DNA of 23,623 bases. Origin: Macrostomum lignano. Taxonomy: Eukaryota. Under the pieces are notes generated by a model. The model made no database searches, was not told the DNA's origin, and was given only the letters and a program-made list of their open reading frames with translations. Positions 10,190 through 21,526 of the stretch are shown piece after piece. Each line of letters begins with the position of its first letter. Within the stretch, counting starts at the first letter, position 1. The position numbers were made by a program, and so were the translations under genes. The stretch covers positions 1-23,623 of the forward strand of contig NIVC01005176.1 in NCBI GenBank assembly GCA_002269645.1, read 5' to 3'.

Positions 10190-10635
10190 TCTATCTAGGA
10201 TGAAGTGAGTCTGTTTATATATATATCTACTGCGACCCTTCCCACGCTCATAAGCACCCTCAGGTGTGTCAAAGGCCCTGGTGATTTGCAATACCTTTCC
10301 ATATAAGCCCCTGTGCCTTGAGGATGCTCGGGATCAAATTTCAGCAGCCGAGCGGCTGAGCTGAACAGACTGCACAGACTGCAGCTGTCAATCAGCCCGG
10401 TTTTGCTAATCATGGAGGGGCCGAGAAACTTCAAACGAAAACTTTTTCAAAGACGATGGCGTGTCTCGATCGTTTTTTATAATAAAAATATTTGGATAGA
10501 TGACAATGACTTAAATTCTAACCAAACTACGCCTTCGAAACCTAATTTTCCATACATATCGGTCTCCAACAACTAACCTGTTCCAGACATTGTGCTCCAG
10601 TACTACTGACTAAGTGAACTAACTGGTAATAATAT

Positions 10636-11614
10636 CATTGATCCCATCACAATCCTGTCATTGATCCTATCACAATCCTGTCATTGATCCCATCACAATC
10701 TTGTCATTGATCCCATCACAATCCTGTCATTGATCCCATCACAATCTTGTCATTGATCCCATCACAATCCTGTCATTGATCCCATCACAATCCTATCATT
10801 GATCCCATCACAATCCTGTCATTGATCCCATCACAATCCTGTCATTGATCTAATCACAATTCTGTCATTGATCCCATCACAATCCTATCATTGATCCCAT
10901 CACAATCCTGTCATTGATCCCATCACAATCCTATCATTGATCCCATCACAATCCTATCATTGATCCCATCACAATCCTATCATTGATCCTATCACAATCC
11001 TGTCATTGATCCCATCACAATCCTATCATTGATCCCATCACAATCCTGTCATTGATCCCATCACAATCCTGTCATTGATCCCATCACAATCCTATCATTG
11101 ATCCCATCACAATCCTGTCATTGATCCCATCACAATCCTGTCATTGATCCCATCACAATCCTATCATTGATCCCATCACAATCCTGTCATTGATCCTATC
11201 ACAATCCTGTCATTGATCCCATCACAATCCTATCATTGATCCCATCACAATCCTATCATTGATCCCATCACAATCCTATCATTGATCCTATCACAATCCT
11301 GTCATTGATCCCATCACAATCCTATCATTGATCCCATCACAATCCTGTCATTGATCCCATCACAATCCTATCATTGATCCCATCACAATCCTGTCATTGA
11401 TCCCATCACAATCCTGTCATTGATCCCATCACAATCCTATCATTGATCCCATCACAATCCTATCATTGATCCCATCACAATCCTGTCATTGATCCCATCA
11501 CAATCCTGTCATTGATCCCATCACAATCCTATCATTGATCCCATCACAATCCTATCATTGATCCCATCACAATCCTATCATTGATCCCATCACAATCCTA
11601 TCATTGATCCCATC
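10636..11614. repeat. 23-bp minisatellite (CATTGATCCCATCACAATCCTGT)n, about 42 copies
   Basis: Directly visible. Two main variants (CCTGT and CCTAT) are interspersed. Confidence 0.97.
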
Positions 11615-12036
11615 TGTGATCCTAACGTCATCAGCGATCCCATTAGTGACTCCAAGACGTACCCTTCACTAAGTCGGAGCATAATTTAGCGTCAAATTTT
11701 CAGAATAAAAAATACAGCAAAAATGAGGGAATTCACAGCGGCCTCCAGTAGACTCCAGGGAACCCATTCTCTCCTCCCCATCTCTCCTTATCGCCCTTGT
11801 CGGGACAAGCAAATCGCATTAGGCCGGTGCCCGCTGGAATTCATGTGAGATCCGGGCCCTCCATCTTTTATTCTGCGGCCTGATGCAAAGTGGATGATTG
11901 GGATGAAACAATAATTTGCCCAATTTTATGATTCAATTTATGCCTAAATGAAATTCTGCAGCAGCCCTGCCAACTAGTAGCGCCATACAGTGCACGTGAC
12001 TGTACTGTTATAGTGGAGCCGTCTGCTAGAGTGACC

Positions 12037-12293
12037 ATCCTTCATCAGTGATGTTGGCTAGATTAGCGATCCATTCTATTCCTTCATCCATGTAGGCTAG
12101 ATTAGCAATCCATTCTGTTCCTTCATCAGTGATGTTGGCTAGATTAGCAATCCATTCTGTTCCTTCATCAGTGATGTTGGCTAGATTAGCAATCCATTTT
12201 AATCCTTCATCAGTGATGTTGGCTAGATTAGCAATCCATTCTATTCCTTCATCCATGATGTTAGCTAGATTAGCAATCCATTCTATTCCTTCA
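12037..12293 (-). repeat. Minisatellite family M, array B (39/42-bp units), inverted relative to array A
   Basis: The plus strand reads GGCTAGATTAGCAATCCATTCTATTCCTTCATC, the reverse complement of the array A core. About 6 units. Confidence 0.93.
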
Positions 12294-12856
12294 ACTCTGA
12301 CACTGTTCTGTCCAGAGCTCTGCAAGCCAGTAAAAACAGACTCAGTCCCGAAACTCCGAGTAGTAAGAGCTCCACAGCAGCTCAAAATTTATCACGAGCT
12401 CTCAGCAAAAACAGCTTCATTATTCTAATCACGTTCCGCCTTCTAGTCTCGTGCCACCCCCCTCAGCTGGTCGATCTCAGTATGTCGTGAAAGCTGTCTG
12501 ATTGCCAACAGCTTGCCCGGACCCTGGAGCAGCCGCCACCGCCTTCTTTCCCACTCCCAATGCGCCCCAAGATACTGAGAGTCTCATTCCCATCGTGCTA
12601 AGTTAGTGAAAACTTCATAATCCAGTTTCAGGTGACGATTCCGTTGATACAAGAGCCACCGCTGCACTGCCTGCTAGGCTGAAGCAGGTGTCAATCAAAG
12701 TTTTGCTAAATTTCTAAGCGCGTGTTGAAGTGGACTGAGAACCTCGCCTTTTCTGCTCAAATGGGAAGAAATCCCCCTGCCCCAAACCCATTGGGCAAAG
12801 CACCTGCATCACATTTTACTATTTTTTAATTAGACTTGCAATTCATTATATTCTTG

Positions 12857-14346
12857 CATCCAGATGTTGACTAGATTAGCAATCCATTCTATTCCTTCAT
12901 CCATGTAGGCTAGATTAGCAATCCATCCTATTCCTTCATCCATGTGGGTTAGCAATCCATTCTATTCCTTCATCCATGTGGGTTAGATTAGCAATCCATT
13001 CTATTCCTTCATTCGTGTAGGCTAGATTAGCAATCCATTCTATTCCTTCATCCATGTGGGTTAGATTAGCAATCCATTCTGTTCCTTCATTCGTGTAGGC
13101 TAGATTAGCAATCCATTCTATTCTTTCATCCATGTTGGCTAGATTAGCAATCCATTCTATTCTTTCATCCATGTTGGCTAGATTAGCAATCCATTCTATT
13201 CTTTCATCCATGTTGGCTAGATTAGCAATCCATTCTATTCTTTCATCCATGTTGGCTAGATTAGCAATCCATTCTATTCTTTCATCCATGTTGGCTAGAT
13301 TAGCAATCCATTCTATTCTTTCATCCATGTTGGCTAGATTAGCAATCCATTCTATTCTTTCATCCATGTTGGCTAGATTAGCAATCCATTCTATTCTTTC
13401 ATCCATGTTGGCTAGATTAGCAATCCATTCTATTCTTTCATCCATGTTGGCTAGATTAGCAATCCATTCTGTTCCTTCATCCATGTTGGCTAGATTAGCA
13501 ATCCATTCTGTTCCTTCATCCATGTTGGCTAGATTAGCAATCCATTCTATTCTTTCATCCATGTTGGCTAGATTAGCAATCCATTCTGTTCCTTCATCCA
13601 TGTTGGCTAGATTAGCAATCCATTCTATTCCTTCATCCATGTGGGTTAGATTAGCAATCCATTCTATTCCTTCATCCATGTGGGTTAGCAATCCATTCTA
13701 ATCCTTCATCCATGTAGGCTAGATTAGCAATCCATTCTAATCCTTCATCCATGTTGGCTAGATTAGCAATCCATTCTATTCCTTCATCCATGTGGGTTAG
13801 ATTAGCAATCCATTCTATTCCTTCATCCATGTGGGTTAGCAATCCATTCTAATCCTTCATCCATGTAGGCTAGATTAGCAATCCATTCTATTCTTTCATT
13901 CATGTAGATTAGCAATCCATTCTAATCCTTCATCCATGTAGGCTAGATTAGCAATCCATTCTATTCTTTCATTCATGTAGATTAGCAATCCATTCTATTC
14001 CTTCATCCATGTGGGTTAGATTAGCAATTCATTCTATTCTTTCATCCATGTGGGTTAGATTAGCAATCCATTCTATTCCTTCATCCATGTGGGTTAGATT
14101 AGCAATCCATTCTATTCCTTCATTCGTGTAGGCTAGATTAGCAATCCATTCTATTCCTTTATCATGTTGGCTAGATTAGCAATCCATTCTATTCCTTTAT
14201 CATGTGGGTTAGATTAGCAATCCATTCTATTCCTTCATTCGTGTAGGCTAGATTAGCAATCCATTCTATTCCTTCCATTCTATTCCTTCATTCGCTCAGG
14301 CAAGGTTAGTAATCGATTACAGATGATCGCTAGATTAGCAATCCAC
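12857..14346 (-). repeat. Minisatellite family M, array C (mostly 39-bp units, some 34-bp), inverted relative to array A
   Basis: (TTCATCCATGTTGGCTAGATTAGCAATCCATTCTATTCT)n with variants. Main array ends near 14293, with a partial unit at about 14328-14346. Confidence 0.95.
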
Positions 14347-14942
14347 TGAAGGTAGATGAATGTACTTTTTTGTCCTTTCCGTCAGTGAAGTTCATCAACA
14401 GCCGAGGTCGCTAAATAAGTAAAACACGAAGGACACTGCGATGAAAGAGTTGCTTTGTTAAAATCGTATAGTCTTTTTCTAAGAAATTTACTTTTTTACG
14501 TAAAGGAGAAAAAAGTTAAAAAGCCATTTTAGAAATGGACTCGCAAAATACAGGGATTTACAAATCCCCACTGCTCGGCCATTTTCAATCCCCCAGCGAA
14601 TCCCACTTGAAAATCCGAGTTAAGAGCCTCGCTGAGGGGGTTTGGCGAGCAAATGTGAATTGCTGGATTGATTAAAGGGGGACCCAGACAAGGGTGATGG
14701 AGCTTCCTCTCTATTTCTACCCTTCTTCCCATTTCCAGCTCAGTATGAGCAGTTTCTCGTTATGGAATCAAGTACAAATATAAATTTTTTTGAAAAAATC
14801 TCTGTCTCGAGTGGCTCATAAAACAAGCATATATGGATTTCGCTGATCCCCCTTTACAACTGCATTATACTAATGAATATATCAGATAGATGTACGAATT
14901 ACTATAAATCTAATATACTTATGTTGTGAGTCAATTGCTTTT

Positions 14943-15906
14943 CTAGCTTGGCGCCATTTGATAGGCATCTAGCTTGGCGCCATTTGATAGGCATCTACAA
15001 TAGCTTGGCGCCATTTGATAGGCATCTACAATAGCTTGGCGCCATTTGATAGGCATCTAGCTTGGCGCCATTTGATAGGCATCTAGCTTGGCGCCATTTG
15101 ATTGGCATCTAGCTTGGCGCCATTTGATTGGCATCAAGCTTGGCGCCATTTGATAGGCATCTACAATAGCTTGGCGCCATTTGATAGGCATCTAGCTTGG
15201 CGCCATTTGATTGGCATCTAGCTTGGCGCCATTTGATTGGCATCAAGCTTGGCGCCATTTGATAGGCATCTAGCTTGGCGCCATTTGATAGGCATCTACA
15301 ATAGCTTGGCGCCATTTGATAGGCATCTAGCTTGGCGCCATTTGATAGGCATCTACAATAGCTTGGCGCCATTTGATAGGCATCTAGCTTGGCGCCATTT
15401 GATAGACATCTAGCTTGGCGCCATTTGATAGACATCTAGCTTGGCGCCATTTGATAGGCATCTAGCTTGGCGCCATTTGATAGGCATCTAGCTTGGCGCC
15501 ATTTGATAGGCATCTACAATAGCTTGGCGCCATTTGATAGGCATCTACAATAGCTTGGCGCCATTTGATAGGCATCTAGCTTGGCGCCATTTGATTGGCA
15601 TCTAGCTTGGCGCCATTTGATAGGCATCTAGCTTGGCGCCATTTGATAGGCATCTAGCTTGGCGCCATTTGATAGGCATCTACAATAGCTTGGCGCCATT
15701 TGATAGGCATCTAGCTTGGCGCCATTTGATAGGCATCTAGCTTGGCGCCATTTGATTGGCATCTAGCTTGGCGCCATTTGATAGGCATCTAGCTTGGCGC
15801 CATTTGATAGGCATCTAGCTTGGCGCCATTTGATAGGCATCTAGCTTGGCGCCATTTGATAGGCATCTAGCTTGGCGCTATTTGATAGGCATCTAGCTTG
15901 GTGCCA
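14943..15906. repeat. 26/31-bp minisatellite AGCTTGGCGCCATTTGATAGGCATCT(+ACAAT), about 35 copies
   Basis: Directly visible. Two length variants differ by an ACAAT insert. Confidence 0.96.
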
Positions 15907-16002
15907 AAAGCAAAAATAAGCAACTCTGTTGCTAGGGGGCAAGTCTAATTTCGCATTGCTGTCGCATGGTGTTTAGAACAGCTCAGAAGCTCAGCAGGGG
16001 AC

Positions 16003-16394
16003 TCAGTGAGGACTCATATGGAACTCGTTGCCGCTGAGCAGGATCCGCCAGTACACGATGTTCACCGCCAAAAACGAAGCGGGGAAAATGTAGCGCGATA
16101 CCCGATCGATTCTGGACTCCGAATTCGGGCCAGTTGGTCGCAGCCTCTCCTTCATCAGCATGTACTTTCGATTGCCTTTAAGACAATTCAGAAACATGAT
16201 GAGGCAGGAGTCCTTGGCGCCAGGCTCGGGGTCCACCGCTCGGGCCTGCCGATGGCGGGGTCCGGCTGCAGCAGGCGGCCGTTCACCGCGCGCCGGAACT
16301 GCAACTGCGGCTGCTGTGACTCCACCGACTGCTGAGGCACCGCCTGGATCAGCGGGTTCTGGTCCTGGTCCGATGTGTCACCGCCAGCACCAGC
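16003..16394 (-). CDS. Cys-loop GABA-A/GRD-like subunit, last exon (M3-M4 loop, TM4, stop); 5' boundary and frame partly uncertain
   Basis: TM4 segment NSESRIDRVSRYIFPASFLAVNIVYW, preceded by SCLIMFLNCLKGNRKY; TGA at 16005-16003. Phase-0 acceptor ctctaag|GCT at 16394. Codon bias supports frame AGAGGDTSDQDQNPLIQ..., which needs one extra base near 16240 to join the TM4 frame. An alternative acceptor ggcag|GCC at 16245 needs no frameshift. Confidence 0.82.
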
Positions 16395-16443
16395 CTTAGA
16401 GCAGGGGTTTAGTTGAATATTTCTCTGTTGCACCCAATTTATA

Positions 16444-18568
16444 GATCCCATCCTATTGATCCTGATCCCATCCTATTGATCCTGATCCCATCCTATCGAT
16501 CCTGATCCCATCCTATCGATCCTGATCCCATCCTATTGATCCTGATCCGATCCTATCGATCATGATCCCATCCTATTGATCCTGATCCCATCCTATAGAT
16601 CCTGATCCCATCCTATTGATCCTGATCCCATCCTATAGATCCTGATCCCATCCTATCGATCCTGATCCCATTCTATCGATCCTGATCCCATCCTATTGAT
16701 CCTGATCCCCTTCTATAGATCGTGATCCCATTCTATCGATCCTGATCCCATCCTATTGATCCTGATCCCCTTCTATAGATCCTGATCCCATTCTATCGAT
16801 CCTGATTCCATCCTATATACCCTGATTCCATCCCATCGATCCTGATCCCATTCTATCGATCCTGATCCCCTTCTATAGATCCTGATCCCATTCTATCGAT
16901 CCTGATTCCATCCTATTGATCCTGATCCCATCCTATTGATCCTGATCCCCTTCTATAGATCATGATCCCATTCTATCGATCCTGATTCCATCCTATTGAT
17001 CCTGATTCCCTTCTATTGATCCTGATCCCATTCTATCGATCCTGATTTCATCCTATAGATCCTGATCCCATCCTATAGATCCTTATCCCATTCTATCGAT
17101 CCTGATCCCCTTCTATAGATCCTGATCCCATTCTATCGGTTCTGATTCCATCCTATTGATCCTGATTCCATCCCATTGATCCTGATCCAATCCTATTGAT
17201 CCTGATCCCCTTCTATTGATCCTGATCCCATTCTATCGATCCTGATTTCATCCTATAGATCCTGATCCCATCCTATAGATCCTTATCCCATTCTATCGAT
17301 CCTGATCCCCTTCTATAGATCCTGATCCCATCCTATCGATCCTGATCCCATCCTATTGATCCTGATCCCATCCTATAGATCCTGATCCCATCCTATCGAT
17401 CCTGATCCCATTCTATCGATCCTGATTCCATCCTATTGATCCTGATTCCCTTCTATTGATCCTGATCCTATTCTATCGATCCTGATTTCATCCTATAGAT
17501 CCTGATTCCATCCTATAGATCCTGATCCAATCCTATTGATCCTGATCCCATTCTATCGATCCTGATCCCCTTCTATAGATCCTGATCCCATTCTATCGAT
17601 TCTGATTCCATCCTATTGATCCTGATTCCATCCTATTGATCCTGATCCCATCCTATTGATCCTGATCCCCTTCTATAGATCCTGATCCCATTCTATCGAT
17701 CCTGATTTCATCCTATATACCCTGATTCCATCCCATCGATCCTGATCCCATTCTATCGATCCTGATCCCCTTCTATAGATCCTGATCCCATTCTATCGAT
17801 CCTGATTCCATCCTATTGATCCTGATCCCATCCTATTGATCCTGATCCCCTTCTATAGATCATGATCCCATTCTATCGATCCTGATTCCATCCTATTGAT
17901 CCTGATTCCATCCTATTGATCCTGATCCCCTTCTATAGATCATGATCCCATTCTATCGATCCTGATCTCATTCTATCGATCCTGATTCCATCCTATAGAT
18001 CCTGATCCCATCCTATAGATCCTGATCCCATTCTATCGATCCTGATTCCATCCTATAGATCCTGATCCAATCCTATTGATCCTGATCCCATTTTATCGAT
18101 CCTGATCCCCTTCTATAGATCCTGATCCCATTCTATCGATTCTGATTCCATCCTATTGATCCTGATTCCATCCCATTGATCCTGATCCAATCCTATTGAT
18201 CCTGATCCCCTTCTATTGATCCTGATCCCATTCTATCGATCCTGATTTCATCCTATAGATCCTGATCCCATCCTATAGATCCTTATCCCATTCTATCGAT
18301 CCTGATCCCCTTCTATAGATCCTGATCCCATTCTATCGATCCTGATTCCATCCTATTGATCCTGATCCCATTCTATCGATTCTGATCCCCTTCTATAGAT
18401 CCTGATCCCATTCTATCGATCCTGATTCCATCCTATTGATCCTGATTCCATCCTATTGATCCTGATTCCATCCTATTGATCCTGATTCCATCCTATTGAT
18501 CCTGATTCCATCCTATTGATCCTGATCCCATTCTATCGATTCTGATCCCCTCCTATTGATCCTGATCC
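16444..18568. repeat. 20-bp satellite (GATCCTGATCCCATCCTATT)n, about 106 copies, intronic
   Basis: Column-aligned 20-bp period with no indel over about 2.1 kb. Many substitution variants. Confidence 0.98.
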
Positions 18569-18728
18569 GGTCCAGTCATCCAGTTTCTACTCATCCTATT
18601 TGATCGCATTTCATTGACTAATTCTCTGTGTGATAGAGAAAGTCAATCTTGAACAGTAAAACGCCCTAATCAGGCTACTACCCGAAGCCAGTAGTGCGAT
18701 ATGAAAAATCTGAGGAAAAAACACCCAC

Positions 18729-18934
18729 CGGAGGAGGCGGCAAAGCCCGTTTCGGAATCTCCAGGTTGCCGGTCTTGGTGAAGTAGTTCACGCCCGCGTA
18801 CTCCAGCAGAGCCGAGAACACAAAGAAGAAGCAGATCAACAGGAAGACGTCCAGAGCGGTGGCGTAGGGCACCTTGGGGATGCCGATGCGACCCGTGAGG
18901 GTGATGGTGACGCTCGTTAGCAGTGTGGTTATGC
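18729..18934 (-). CDS. Cys-loop GABA-A/GRD-like subunit, exon with the TM2 C-terminal part and TM3 (206 bp)
   Basis: cccag|GC ATA ACC...: GITTLLTSVTITLTGRIGIPKVPYATALDVFLLICFFFVFSALLEYAGVNYFTKTGNLEIPKRALPPPP. Donor CCG|gtgggt. The donor is less certain than the acceptor. Confidence 0.92.
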
Positions 18935-19020
18935 CTGGGACGGGCCGCGGCGCAATATTGATTTTTCAGGCTTAACACACTTGGAAAAATTCAATTTGAA
19001 AGAGGGAAAAGAGAACGATA

Positions 19021-21130
19021 GAGTAGGAGACAGTAGAGAAGGGAAACTTTGAGATGGTAGTGAATGGAGACTGAGAGACGGTAGAGAAGGGAGAGTATGA
19101 GACGGTAGATAAGGGAGAGTATGAGACGGTAGATAAGGGAGAGTATAAGACGGTAGAGAAGGGAGAGTATGAGATGGTAGTGAAGGGAGAATGAGAGATG
19201 GTAGAGAAGGGAGAATATGAGACGGTAGATAAGGGAGAGTATGAGACGGTAGATAAGGGAGAGTATGAGACGGTAGATAAGGGAGAGTATAAGACGGTAG
19301 AGAAGGGAGAGTATGAGATGGTAGTGAAGGGAGAATGAGAGATGGTAGAGAAGGGAGAATATGAGACGGTAGATAAGGGAGAGTATGAGACGGTAGATAA
19401 GGGAGAGTATAAGACGGTAGATAAGGGAGAGTATGAGACGGTAGATAAGGGAGAGTATGAGAGGGTAGATAAGGGAGAGTATGAGACGGTAGATGAGGGA
19501 GAGTATAAAACGGTAGATAAGGGAGAGTATGAGAGGGTAGATAAGGGAGAGTATGAGACGGTAGATGAGCGAGAGTATGAGACGGTAGATAAGGGAGAGT
19601 ATAAAACGGTAGATAAGGGAGAGTATGAGAGGGTAGATAAGGGAGAGTATGAGACGGTAGATAAGGGAGAGTATAAAACGGTAGATAAGGGAGAGTATGA
19701 GAGGGTAGATAAGGGAGAGTATGAGAGGGTAGATAAGGGAGAGTATGATACGGTAGATGAGCGAGAGTATGAGACGGTAGATAAGGGAGAGTATAAAACG
19801 GTAGATAAGGGAGAGTATGACAGGGTAGATAAGGGAGAGTATGAGAGGGTAGATAAGGGAGAGTATGAGACGGTAGATAAGGGAGAGTATGAGAGGGTAG
19901 ATAAGGGAGAGTATGAGAGGGTAGATAAGGGAGAGTATGAGACGGTAGAGAAGGGAGAGTATGAGATGGTAGTGAAGGGAGAATGAGAGATGGTAGAGAA
20001 GGGAGAGTATGAGATGGTAGTGAAGGGAGAATGAGAGATGGTAGAGAAGGGAGAATATGAGACGGTAGATAAGGGAGAGTATGAGACGGTAGATAAGGGA
20101 GAGTATAAGACGGTAGATAAGGGAGAGTATGAGACGGTAGATAAGGGAGAGTATGAGAGGGTAGATAAGGGAGAGTATAAAACGGTAGATAAGGGAGAGT
20201 ATGAGAGGGTAGATAAGGGAGAGTATGAGACGGTAGATGAGGGAGAGTATAAAACGGTAGATAAGGGAGAGTATGAGAGGGTAGATAAGGGAGAGTATGA
20301 GACGGTAGATAAGGGAGAGTATGAGACGGTAGATAAGGGAGAGTATAAGACGGTAGATAAGGGAGAGTATGAGACGGTAGATAAGGGAGAGTATGAGAGG
20401 GTAGATAAGGGAGAGTATGAGATGGTAGATAAGGGAGAGTATGATACGGTAGATGAGCGAGAGTATGAGACGGTAGATAAGGGAGAGTATAAAACGGTAG
20501 ATAAGGGAGAGTATGACAGGGTAGATAAGGGAGAGTATGAGAGGGTAGATAAGGGAGAGTATGAGACGGTAGATAAGGGAGAGTATGAGAGGGTAGATAA
20601 GGGAGAGTATGAGACGGTAGATAAGGGAGAGTATGAGAGGGTAGATAAGGGAGAGTATGAGAGGGTAGATAAGGGAGAGTATGAGAGGGTAGATAAGGGA
20701 GAGTATGAGACGGTAGATAAGGGAGAGTATGAGAGGGTAGATAAGGGAGAGTATGAGACGGTAGATAAGGGAGAGTATGAGAGGGTAGATAAGGGAGAGT
20801 ATGATACGGTAGATGAGCGAGAGTATGAGACGGTAGATAAGGGAGAGTATAAAACGGTAGATAAGGGAGAGTATGAGAGGGTAGATAAGGGATAGTATGA
20901 GAGGGTAGATAAGGGAGAGTATGATACGGTAGATGAGCGAGAGTATGAGACGGTAGATAAGGAGAGTATAAAACGGTAGATAAGGGAGAGAATGAAATGG
21001 TAGATAAGGGAGAGTATAAAACGGTAGATAAGGGAGAGAATGAAATGGTAGAGAAGGGGGAGTATGAAATGGTAGAGAAGGGAGAGTATGAAATGGTAGA
21101 GAAGGGGTAGTATGAGACAGTAGAGAAGGA
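19021..21130. repeat. 24-bp satellite (GAGTATGAGACGGTAGATAAGGGA)n, about 87 copies, intronic
   Basis: Directly visible. Because the unit is a multiple of 3 it creates the EYETVDKG and YSPLSTVS ORFs. One G is missing near 20962. Confidence 0.97.
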
Positions 21131-21290
21131 AGGGTGGGCGATAGTTGAGAGAAGAAAGAAGACAGTGAATGGAAGAGGATATTGTAGTACTGGACAGAGA
21201 GGTGAGATCCTTCAGGAGAAGACTAGAAACCAATAGACGGATTTTGAGCACAGAAGAGACCAGACAGTTAATAAGTTGAGAAGTTCTCAC

Positions 21291-21443
21291 CGAGAGTAAC
21301 CCTGCCTGGCGTGGCCTCTCTATTAATCCAAAAGGTGACCCAGGACATGCTGACAGTCATGTAGGAGGGCAGGTAGATCTGCAGCAGGTAATAACCGATC
21401 ATCCGCTCCAGAGGAATTGTCAGGCTGAGCACGTCCCGAGTTT
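21291..21443 (-). CDS. Cys-loop GABA-A/GRD-like subunit, exon with beta10, TM1 and the start of TM2 (153 bp)
   Basis: tttacag|AA ACT CGG...: [51 protein letters not shown]. Donor CTCG|gtgaga. Phase 1 to phase 1. Confidence 0.92.
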
Positions 21444-21526
21444 CTGTAAAGTTTTGTGTACATGATGTTGCAGCTAACTCGTATCTAGGTGTAGTGCAAC
21501 GACTTCTAGACTTTTTAATTTTTTTA

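Noticed and set aside
9513-14346. M-family ORFs (MDERIEWIANLAN / MLARLAIHSILSS) as a repeat protein
   Set aside because: Both strands are open only because many units are 3n. The 34-bp units and indel variants break the frames, so there is no sign of coding constraint.
9513-14346. Constant core plus variable linker as a CRISPR array
   Set aside because: Linkers are only about 4-15 bp and are themselves repeated. There are no cas genes and the context is eukaryotic.
15109-15435. RCLSNGAKLDAYQMAPS ORF
   Set aside because: Translation of the 26/31-bp array.
18972-21290. 772-aa (YSPLSTVS)n ORF and the opposite-strand (EYETVDKG)n ORFs
   Set aside because: Products of a 24-bp (3n) satellite inside a channel intron. 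The long ORF starts at the donor GT in a non-exon frame, and the exon frame stops within a few codons.
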